Shown one piece after another: positions 35,592-43,558 of a DNA stretch of 46,532 nucleotides (position 1 is its first letter; the number at the start of each line of letters is the position of its first letter). Location of the stretch: sequence record PZ379549.1; one strand, given 5' to 3'. The DNA is from a phage. Under the pieces are notes generated by a model, which was given only the letters and a program-made list of their open reading frames with translations, ran no database searches and was not told where the DNA came from. The translations under genes and the position numbers were made by a program.

Positions 35592-36282
35592 ATGGTTATC
35601 TGGTCTTTATTTGATGGTTCTGGTCTGGCGGTAAAGGATTGGGCTGAAGCTGGCCACACTTGCTACTGTTTCAACTTTGATGAGTCTGACCACGGCAGCT
35701 ACAGTGACTTAAATGCAAAGGTTGAGCATGAGAACATCACATACGTTAACGCATGGATAGATGCTGACTTCGATTTTGATGTGAAACCTGATTTTATAAT
35801 GGCGTTCCCTCCATGCACTGACTTAGCCGTGAGCGGATCAAGACACTTTGAACGCAAGTGTACTAGCTAACCCTAACTTCCAAATTGAAGCTGCGGAGAC
35901 GTGCAAGATTGCTTTTAATCTTGCTGAAAAATACGGAGTACCATACATGATCGAGAACCCAATCAGCGTACTGTCATCACTTTGGCGAAAACCTGATAAC
36001 ACCTTCCACCCATATGAATACGGAGGCTATTTGCCGGAAGATGATTTACACCCGTTTTTTAGCGACCTAATAAAGCCAAAAGACGCATATCCCAAGAAGA
36101 CATGCATTTGGTATGGCAATGGGTTTAAATGGCCAGAGGCAATTCCAGTGGACGTTAACGGTGGATTCTCTGACCAATACAAGAAGCTAGGCGGGAAGAG
36201 CAATAAGACAAAGGTAATTCGCAGCCTAACTCCTCGCGGTTTTGCAAAAGCCGTCTTCATTGCAAATAGCACCAATTGCTAA
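35592..36282 (+). CDS. C5-cytosine DNA methyltransferase-like, one frame change near 35848-35870
   Basis: Motif I LFDGSGLA, PC motif FPPCTDLAVSG, ENV-like MIENP; two overlapping ORFs in different frames. Confidence 0.5.
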
Positions 36283-36350
36283 AGACAAATCTCAAGGATG
36301 AGATATCATTACTCCATTGAAACGAAACACACCTTCTAAGGAATACGAAA
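36264..36350 (+). promoter_or_regulatory. box-hairpin-(-10)-leader unit upstream of cor-like gene
   Basis: Box 36264-36284 encoding MTase C-terminus NSTNC and stop, hairpin ATCTCAaggaTGAGAT, TATCAT, ACTCCATTGAAACGAAACACACC. Confidence 0.4.
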
Positions 36351-36596
36351 ATGACTAACTTAATCAAACTTTCAATCATCGCAGCAGCAGCAATCATGAT
36401 GGTGGGTTGTTCTTCTGCTCCGCGTCCTGACGGATGGTGTGCAACGCAAGCAAACGGCGTGTGCGTGGCTAAATGGGAAAATGGTGTGGTTGTACCGTCT
36501 GGTGAAGTTGATGTGCGATACGCTGGTATTGAGAGCAAGGCTGGCGGCGGTTACGGTGGCTCTGTTGCTGACCATGGGTCTAAGGAGTGGAAATAA
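36351..36596 (+). CDS. cor: Cor-like outer-membrane lipoprotein (superinfection exclusion)
   Basis: 81-aa ORF with lipoprotein signal and lipobox MMVGCSS; adjacent to tail fiber genes. Confidence 0.55.
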   Translation: MTNLIKLSIIAAAAIMMVGCSSAPRPDGWCATQANGVCVAKWENGVVVPSGEVDVRYAGIESKAGGGYGGSVADHGSKEWK

Positions 36597-37558
36597 TGCC
36601 TCAAGGAATATTGATTGACCTTAATGATGGAAGGCCACCTATGGAAATAACGGCAGGATTAAGAGCGCCCGCTGTGACTGGCTCAATAAATACCAATGGA
36701 CTTTCGACGCCAGCATCATCATGGGATTTTGGTTTAACCATGTCCCCAGGCTCAACAGCATTCTGCCTTCCAACAAAGGCTGTGCACGTTGACGCTTATG
36801 ATGTTGTACCTGAAGTTTATTATATGAACGGGTTCCAGAAGGTAAATGACGGAACTGGCAGGATAACGCTTAGTGACTTCAATGGCGCAAGAGGTCGTAT
36901 AATTGACTTTGCTGGAAATTGCTTTGAAATACTCCCAGCCTCGTCTTCATCAAGCCCAGGAATACTGGTTGAGAACTCAACTGACTTTTTGGCAATTTCA
37001 AGCAATTCGCGGTTAATGTCTGCGGCATGGGTTGGTGGAATACAGGTTAACGGCGCCGCCTCACTACCAGTCAGTGGGATTCCATTTGGTAAATGGGATA
37101 ACCCAAACGTTTCTCTGGAGAGCGACGGTAATACAATTTGGTGCCGCAACATAAACTACAGCGGCATAGATGACGTTGCAGCAAGTACTTACGTACAGTT
37201 AGTGATATTCAGGAATGACCCTCCAGTAGCTGGCCCAGGACTCACAATGTCTAATAGTTCTGGACAGATTGTTTTTTCAAGCGTCAGGCGACCGTTCGTG
37301 CTTGGTGGCTTTATACAAATAACCAATGGTTTCCAGTCAATAAATGGAGGGTTCTTCCCACTGCTCAGGTGCGGCGCTACAACAAGAGTTACTGGAGGGT
37401 ATAACAACTTAAGGTACAAGGGAATATGCATGTCTGGTGGTGCCGTAAGGGCAGTTCCAGGCACTGTGATAGGGAACTACTCAACGCAGACGGGGGCCCA
37501 ATTCCCATTCGACACAAACATATCAATGGCTCTACCATTCATACCAAACTTCTACTAA
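36596..37558 (+). CDS. hypothetical tail-associated protein
   Basis: 321-aa Gly/Ser/Asn-rich ORF convergent with J; TAATG overlap with cor stop. Confidence 0.4.
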   Translation: MPQGILIDLNDGRPPMEITAGLRAPAVTGSINTNGLSTPASSWDFGLTMSPGSTAFCLPTKAVHVDAYDVVPEVYYMNGFQKVNDGTGRITLSDFNGARGRIIDFAGNCFEILPASSSSSPGILVENSTDFLAISSNSRLMSAAWVGGIQVNGAASLPVSGIPFGKWDNPNVSLESDGNTIWCRNINYSGIDDVAASTYVQLVIFRNDPPVAGPGLTMSNSSGQIVFSSVRRPFVLGGFIQITNGFQSINGGFFPLLRCGATTRVTGGYNNLRYKGICMSGGAVRAVPGTVIGNYSTQTGAQFPFDTNISMALPFIPNFY

Positions 37559-37565
37559 AAGAAAA

Positions 37566-37581
37566 GGCCCCGAAAGGGGCC
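37566..37581. terminator. bidirectional terminator hairpin
   Basis: GGCCCC-gaaa-GGGGCC flanked by A/T runs between convergent genes. Confidence 0.75.
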
Positions 37582-37588
37582 TAATCAT

Positions 37589-40500
37589 TTACCACACTCC
37601 AACTACAACCCTTCCACCATTCGGTAAATTAACTGTAATTCCATTATTGTTAATCTGAACAGTGTTGTTGGTTCCGTTAAACGCAAAGTTGCCGTTACTT
37701 GCGTACAGACTACCCCTTACAGTTGCATTGTTAAGTTCCGCACTGCCTGACTTATCAATGGCCCAACCCTGAGAACCAGCCACGTAGTTATTAGATTGAA
37801 TCCGGTTACCAATCTTCGCGTTAGTGATTGAACCATCCTGAATCACTGCGCTTTGAATGAATACCTGATTACCTTCAACTACGAAAGGCAATGACCACTG
37901 ACCGGATCCAGAGCTAATGCCGTTACTGATTGCTAACCTGTTAGCATCAAAGATGACCTGACTACGAACATTGCCATCAGAACCAGTTAGCTCCATACTC
38001 ATGCCAGAACTGTACTCAACGCCATTGTATTTGAGGCCAAGTTTAATCCCGTACTGAGCACCAATTGAATCGGCAGTAACGTAAGTGTCCAACTTCTCAT
38101 TTAACGCAGCCTCATTATCACCTAGCCTTGCAGATAAAGCAGTGTCCGCAGTGGTCCTTGCTTGCGTCTCTTCCGCTAGCGCCGTATCAATCCTTGTCAA
38201 TGAAGCTACAATCTCATCATCAATCTGCGCCTTAAGCTGCGTCAGAGCCTCTACGCGAGCCCTTTCTTCATCGGCGATAAGATTCACAGCCTGAACAAAT
38301 TCGGCCTTCCTCTTGCCGTTTTCCTTCGTCATTCTACGCACGTCACCATCATTAGCCAGGGCGTTCTCAATTATTGATTCCGCTTGCGCCTGAATAGCTC
38401 CGTTTGACTCAATGGCATTCTGTTGGAGATACTTGAACCCATCTGAGTTTTCTATATCAACCTTAATATCACCAATGATTGACGACACATCATCGCTTGC
38501 CATACCCCTTACAAAATCAGTCCATGGTGAGACGTTACCAATCTTGTCAATCAGTCGCGCCCTGTACCAGATGACCTTTCCAGCAGGAAGTGTAGTATGC
38601 CAGTACTCGTAACTCGGGTAAGGCACCAGAGTCAGAAGGCTAGCATTCTCTGGTGTATAAGTACCATCACCATTGTCGGCTACTTGCTGCAATTCAGTGT
38701 ATGACGTATCGGCTGAGTTTTCAGGAAATCCCCACTTAACCCTAATGCCGAATATTTCATCATCTGAAGCGGTGATTACTGTAGGTGAAGAAGGGGTCCC
38801 AATCTTGCCTGTGAGGCTTACTGAAACAATGTCAGACCATGCGGATACGTTTTCAGTATCAGAAACGGCCCTTACGCGAACCTGGTAAATTCCGGCATAG
38901 ATACCTTCAATATCAACCTCTGTGCTTGCTGTGCGCGGCACGTTAATCCAGTTTCCGTTCTCCTTGCGCCACTGTACCGTGTAGGTTTTCGCGTACTGAA
39001 CCTTGTCCCACGTGATTACCATTGTCTCAACTGATAAACCCTGAACAACCTTACTGTAACTGCTAACCTGAACATTCTCGGGTGCCAGTAATGTATCTGG
39101 CTCCACGATTGAAGTTGGCCTGTCCTGAATGTTTACGCCGTAATCAATCTCGTCGTATTTGTTCGGGTCGTACTCAACTGCGGTAATCGTGTAACCAAAC
39201 GCATCATCTCCATCGCTGTCTGCTTTTTGAATACCGGTCACAACATATTGCTGAAGAGCAAGATTTTCCTTATCAATCGCAAATACTGTGTCAGGCTGAG
39301 GAGTAAAGCTAAACGCTGTATTAAGTTGCAGCGTCATACCATCTTCAGATACAGATGCAATGGTCCTGTACTCCGGCATTCCATCAGGCTTGTTTATTAG
39401 AATCCTGTCGCCAGCAGTAGCATCAATCTTAAATGGCACAAAAACTTGCAACCCACTTACTGACTCGATACGACCAGAAAGGTTAAGGGTGTAGTTGCTA
39501 GACCATGCCTGGTCATTAACTGCAATAACCTCACCAATCATTGGAATCATACCTTCCAGACCAGTAGTGAAACTAATAGTCTCGCTGCGAATGTTCGTCT
39601 TTAATAACCAGCGCCCGCGGCGGTTTGCCTCACTCCTGCGAGTACATCCAATAGCTGTAAGGTCGACCGGGTTGTAACCAAAACGCCTTGTTGCCTCTAA
39701 CTCGAATACTGGCTCAACATCCTGTTGGTATGAGTTTTCAACGTCATCAAACTGAACGTTGGCAACCGTGTAAAGTGACTTATCGCTACCAAATGTACGG
39801 TTGAACAATCCATCAACAACGTTGTCATTGGTGAATACGTACGATGGTTGACGCGGCTTATCGACAACAATCCCTATCTGCTCGCCGTCATAGAATGTCA
39901 GCCCACGGAAGATAGAGCAAATATCACGGATTACCTGATATGCTTCAACTTTCTGCTGAATGACAACATCACACAGGTAGCGCGGCTCAACTCCACCCTT
40001 ACCATCTGGAACCATCTGGTCACAGAATTGCGCCGCCTCATACAGACCCCACTTATCAATAGTAATGCCAAGCTCTCGCTGGTCAAGTCCGTAACGCTGA
40101 TTCGTCACCAAGTCGTAAAGAACCCACGCCGGGTTATTGGAATACGCCATCTTAAAGGTGCCGTTCCAGGTTCCGCTGTAAGTCCTTGTCTCTGGGTTGT
40201 AGTTAGTTGGAACGCGAATCAACTTCCACTTCTTCTTGATTGAAATCGTCGGGATTCCGTTAGGGAAGAGGTCAGAACTGAACTCAACGTAAACCAGCGC
40301 TGTAAGTGGGTAGCGGAATTTCGCATCAATTACTTCCTGATAGGTCGTAATTTGCATATTGTTAACCAGCGTCGAACTTTCTGAATCTGCCGTGATCTTA
40401 CGAACCCTCACCAACGCACTCGAGAACTCAGCAGGAAGGTTAACCCTGATACTTCTGTCGTACCCGCTAGTTGTCTTGCCATTAGCTACTCCGCGCGTGT

Positions 40501-41014
40501 ACTCAGTGTATGTAGCGCCATCAACGGACAGGTCAATCGCATACTCGCAAGTGGTACCGTTAAGATCTCCGTTACTTTCCTGATTAATCAGACGAGGCCA
40601 AAACAGCTTAACCCTAATCGCTGATAGCTGGGTGTTATTAACAGCAATGATGTAAGGAGTTGAGTTTTTAATCTCCCTGTTCACTTGCACTTCCGAGTTA
40701 GCACCCTCTAGCCCGGCAATGTAATCCTGACTCTGTGTGCCAGGGCGAAACTCTGCCGTTACACCCTCGTAGTTGTATGTGCCATTCTGGTTCTGTACAG
40801 GAACGTCAGCAAGGTAAAGGTCCTTTAGGGAGAATGAGCTATCAACCTCACCATCAGAAACAGCTAGCAAAACCTTAACCTTGTTTACGGATATCAGGTT
40901 ATCAGGCTGCTCTACAGGTTGGTGCTGCTTTGGCTGTCCGCCCTTACTTCCATAAATCTTAATTTCTTCCGCCATATCACATAGCTCCGCATTTGTTTTG
41001 ACCATTTGTGCCAT
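37589..41014 (-). CDS. host specificity / central tail fiber protein (lambda J-like)
   Basis: 1141-aa ORF at distal end of lambda-like tail module after I, K, L, M. Confidence 0.8.
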   Translation of the reverse strand: MAQMVKTNAELCDMAEEIKIYGSKGGQPKQHQPVEQPDNLISVNKVKVLLAVSDGEVDSSFSLKDLYLADVPVQNQNGTYNYEGVTAEFRPGTQSQDYIAGLEGANSEVQVNREIKNSTPYIIAVNNTQLSAIRVKLFWPRLINQESNGDLNGTTCEYAIDLSVDGATYTEYTRGVANGKTTSGYDRSIRVNLPAEFSSALVRVRKITADSESSTLVNNMQITTYQEVIDAKFRYPLTALVYVEFSSDLFPNGIPTISIKKKWKLIRVPTNYNPETRTYSGTWNGTFKMAYSNNPAWVLYDLVTNQRYGLDQRELGITIDKWGLYEAAQFCDQMVPDGKGGVEPRYLCDVVIQQKVEAYQVIRDICSIFRGLTFYDGEQIGIVVDKPRQPSYVFTNDNVVDGLFNRTFGSDKSLYTVANVQFDDVENSYQQDVEPVFELEATRRFGYNPVDLTAIGCTRRSEANRRGRWLLKTNIRSETISFTTGLEGMIPMIGEVIAVNDQAWSSNYTLNLSGRIESVSGLQVFVPFKIDATAGDRILINKPDGMPEYRTIASVSEDGMTLQLNTAFSFTPQPDTVFAIDKENLALQQYVVTGIQKADSDGDDAFGYTITAVEYDPNKYDEIDYGVNIQDRPTSIVEPDTLLAPENVQVSSYSKVVQGLSVETMVITWDKVQYAKTYTVQWRKENGNWINVPRTASTEVDIEGIYAGIYQVRVRAVSDTENVSAWSDIVSVSLTGKIGTPSSPTVITASDDEIFGIRVKWGFPENSADTSYTELQQVADNGDGTYTPENASLLTLVPYPSYEYWHTTLPAGKVIWYRARLIDKIGNVSPWTDFVRGMASDDVSSIIGDIKVDIENSDGFKYLQQNAIESNGAIQAQAESIIENALANDGDVRRMTKENGKRKAEFVQAVNLIADEERARVEALTQLKAQIDDEIVASLTRIDTALAEETQARTTADTALSARLGDNEAALNEKLDTYVTADSIGAQYGIKLGLKYNGVEYSSGMSMELTGSDGNVRSQVIFDANRLAISNGISSGSGQWSLPFVVEGNQVFIQSAVIQDGSITNAKIGNRIQSNNYVAGSQGWAIDKSGSAELNNATVRGSLYASNGNFAFNGTNNTVQINNNGITVNLPNGGRVVVGVW

Positions 41015-41023
41015 TCTACACTA

Positions 41024-41048
41024 AATAAAAAACCCGCACTAGGCGGGT
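41024..41048 (-). terminator. rho-independent terminator between I and J
   Basis: Minus-strand RNA ACCCGC-CUAGU-GCGGGU followed by UUUUUUAUUU. Confidence 0.7.
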
Positions 41049-41054
41049 CTTAAT

Positions 41055-41630
41055 TTAAGCGATATCTTCTGAGTAACTCCCAGCACTAAATACAGAGCCG
41101 CCAACACTTCGATAACCGTATGGCAAACATATTGGGTATCCAGCAGCTACAGTGTTAACAGCCGACCCGAATGCGTATGAAGCCCTGTTTTGCGCAGACT
41201 CCTGCGTCTTTAATCCAGTTGCTTGTGGGGAAAGTAACTGAGCTACACCGCCAGCAGCTAGTGAGATACCAGCACCAAGAACAGCGGTTGCAATACCACC
41301 AGTAAGGAAGAAGCTAGCACCAATGAGCGCCGCACCTAGTACTGTCTGGAATAACCCTCCGCTTTTTCTTCCTTGAGGTATTGGCATAATACGAATCTCA
41401 CCAACTGCCTTAAAATCCTTGATACGATGTTCATTAAGGTTCTTCCCGTCAGCAAATATTGCGAACCTAGTCCTTTGTCCAGCATGGCTTTGCATGAACT
41501 CTTTAAATGCTGGAATGTTTACCGATAATGCTCGAAGTGCTTCCGGTACAGACTCCACGCACAACTCATGGACTTTCCCGTACCTTCTGCCAAGTGACAA
41601 GCCCAGCTTAACCTTAATCAGTCTCTGCAT
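41055..41630 (-). CDS. tail assembly protein (lambda gpI-like)
   Basis: Hydrophobic Gly/Ala-rich C-terminal half; ATG 41630 with AAGGAG RBS preferred. Confidence 0.55.
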   Translation of the reverse strand: MQRLIKVKLGLSLGRRYGKVHELCVESVPEALRALSVNIPAFKEFMQSHAGQRTRFAIFADGKNLNEHRIKDFKAVGEIRIMPIPQGRKSGGLFQTVLGAALIGASFFLTGGIATAVLGAGISLAAGGVAQLLSPQATGLKTQESAQNRASYAFGSAVNTVAAGYPICLPYGYRSVGGSVFSAGSYSEDIA

Positions 41631-42372
41631 TGTAATTTGCTCCTTCTGGTAAATCTTTGTGGCGAACGATTCGAACGGTACGCTCACGCCAGTAATCACT
41701 ATAGGTATCCACTTTACTCATCTTGCCGTAAAGATGGTGCAAGAACTTATTGTCTCCAATGTAGATTCCTGCGTGGTTTGTGGCCTCACTTTGAATCTGC
41801 ATCATAATCATGGAGCCAACTGGAATATCATCAGTTTCGACTAGCTCAAATCCTTCCTTAATCCAGTTGTCATCATAGATATTTTCTCCATACTCCTTGT
41901 TCCACCATGGGTAATTAACGCGGTAGTCAGCCAGTTTGACGCCGTGCTTTGCGTGGAATGACATTATCAATCCCCAGCAATCGAAGCTACCCAAACCCCA
42001 CGGTCTTCCTGCTAGCGGCATATCAACTGGTTCAAGGATTCGCAGATCTCCTTCCGGGTAACTAACGATGACATATGGAATCTCGCACTCATTGCAACTG
42101 CATATGTCTGCCGGGCTAGGCCTTGTAGTTGCACCATCTCCAGTGTGTGAGTGAGCTACGTAAACAATTGACTCGCTGTAGCCAAGATTAAAGACAATAT
42201 TCATGTACTCACTGGCGTCAAGAATGAACTCATTTTCAGGGTCTTTCGATGCGTTGGTGATTCTATGGTATTTTTGTGCCATGCCTTTTTGGGTGACTAC
42301 GCCGCAGCACTCGTTTGGGTAATCCTCTTTTGCGTGGCGCATGATTTCTAGTTTAACTTTTGGTGTAAGCAT
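41614..42372 (-). CDS. tail assembly protein (lambda gpK-like, MPN/JAB plus NlpC/P60)
   Basis: JAB/MPN-like HAKEDYPNECCGVV...AHSH and NlpC/P60-like Cys/His region; ATG 42372 with AAGGAG RBS. Confidence 0.7.
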   Translation of the reverse strand: MLTPKVKLEIMRHAKEDYPNECCGVVTQKGMAQKYHRITNASKDPENEFILDASEYMNIVFNLGYSESIVYVAHSHTGDGATTRPSPADICSCNECEIPYVIVSYPEGDLRILEPVDMPLAGRPWGLGSFDCWGLIMSFHAKHGVKLADYRVNYPWWNKEYGENIYDDNWIKEGFELVETDDIPVGSMIMMQIQSEATNHAGIYIGDNKFLHHLYGKMSKVDTYSDYWRERTVRIVRHKDLPEGANYNAETD

Positions 42373-42382
42373 TTTATACTCC

Positions 42383-43138
42383 TTAGTTCTGGTTATTCTT
42401 GGCTTGCAAGCTAGCAGAGGCACAACCTCCAAATGATAGCTGGTTGTTTTCACCAAACCTTAACTTACATGCATCAACAGTTCCGGCGCAGAAATCCAGG
42501 CCAGGGTCATCAACCGGATTATTGTCTTTATCAAAGTATCGATTCCCGGCATAATCACAACCGTTACCACTACGATACCAGCCACGGGAAGCGAAGTAGC
42601 ATACTGACTGGACTAACCTCGCTGGAATATAAATGCCATCCATATCAATTGGGCTAGATAACTCAAAAGAGGCAGTTTTGTAGTCAACCTGCTTTGGACG
42701 CTCAATAAAGTAAACCATCTTACGATAATCACCATCTGCAATGCTGCCGTCCTCATTGATATTATCCCTGATAGTAACCCAAATTGTCACCTTAGCCTTA
42801 ACCATGCCATTATACTGACGTATTAGCGCGGAAACAGCCTGGTCTACGTTTGATAAAATTAGCGTGAGCTTGTTTGCTTTGCCGTCAGAAGTAAGATTAA
42901 TGCCGCTAATACCGAAAGGCCTGGCTCCATACTCTTCTCCACGGAAAGTGATTGTCTTGGATGGTAGTGGCTGGCCGGACGCTTGGGCTTGCATGATTTC
43001 TTCAGGCGTGTATGAGATGTTCTCCCCATGAAACCTGTAAACCCTTGCCCCGAATTTACTTCCGTCAACCTCAATAAGCGTAACCACTTCACCAGGAAAA
43101 AGTGATTGAAGCTGGTTTTCAAACTTTAAACTTGCCAT
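42383..43138 (-). CDS. minor tail protein (lambda gpL-like)
   Basis: 251-aa ORF with C-terminal conserved cysteines; GGAGAG RBS. Confidence 0.65.
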   Translation of the reverse strand: MASLKFENQLQSLFPGEVVTLIEVDGSKFGARVYRFHGENISYTPEEIMQAQASGQPLPSKTITFRGEEYGARPFGISGINLTSDGKANKLTLILSNVDQAVSALIRQYNGMVKAKVTIWVTIRDNINEDGSIADGDYRKMVYFIERPKQVDYKTASFELSSPIDMDGIYIPARLVQSVCYFASRGWYRSGNGCDYAGNRYFDKDNNPVDDPGLDFCAGTVDACKLRFGENNQLSFGGCASASLQAKNNQN

Positions 43139-43149
43139 ATTCTCTCCAA

Positions 43150-43171
43150 TAAAAAAGGCCCTCTATGGGCC
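43150..43171 (-). terminator. rho-independent terminator between M and L
   Basis: Minus-strand RNA GGCCC-AUAGA-GGGCC followed by UUUUUUAUUGG. Confidence 0.65.
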
Positions 43172-43176
43172 TTAGT

Positions 43177-43527
43177 TTAACTCATTGAAGTAAAAACTTC
43201 AGTAAATTGCATGCTAACAGTCTGGACTTCTTTTGTGCTAGGAGTGACGCTGATACTATCCTGCTGAATAACAAACAGCTTTAATTCACCCTGTGGCGTA
43301 GTCCATGCGAAAGGTTTTACAATGTGATCAAAGCAGAAGTTCATTACTGCCTCCCACTCACGACCAACGTAGCTAACCGTATACGTCCTTTTGTTTGTCC
43401 TGTATCCTCCAGTACCCCTTTGTTCAAAGCCGTTGCCAAAGGATACAATTCTAACGTTGTTCTTGTTACTAAATAATGATCCACCGTTGAGAACGTTCAA
43501 GCACCAGTTAAATGTTTGCAATGCCAT
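43177..43527 (-). CDS. minor tail protein (lambda gpM-like)
   Basis: 116-aa ORF immediately downstream of tape measure. Confidence 0.55.
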   Translation of the reverse strand: MALQTFNWCLNVLNGGSLFSNKNNVRIVSFGNGFEQRGTGGYRTNKRTYTVSYVGREWEAVMNFCFDHIVKPFAWTTPQGELKLFVIQQDSISVTPSTKEVQTVSMQFTEVFTSMS

Positions 43528-43558
43528 TTAAAATCCTTAGGGGCCGAAGCCCCGTTAA

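Noticed and set aside
35219-35659. 146-aa minus-strand ORF (and 16382-16624, 16515-16748) spanning the AT-rich control regions
   Set aside because: Translations are low-complexity (poly-Tyr/Ile from TA and TAA repeats), lack RBS, and overlap conserved repeats and promoter elements; judged spurious
9226-36284. Possible CRISPR array, because of the many copies of a 17-21 bp near-palindromic repeat
   Set aside because: Copies are tens of bp to many kb apart, on both strands, always at gene boundaries, with no regular repeat-spacer periodicity and no cas genes; they behave as promoter-associated boxes
38085-40583. Plus-strand ORFs inside the J gene (38085-38294, 39848-40243, 40359-40583) and inside the tape measure gene (44052-45338)
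   Set aside because: Embedded antisense to long conserved tail genes with no start signals
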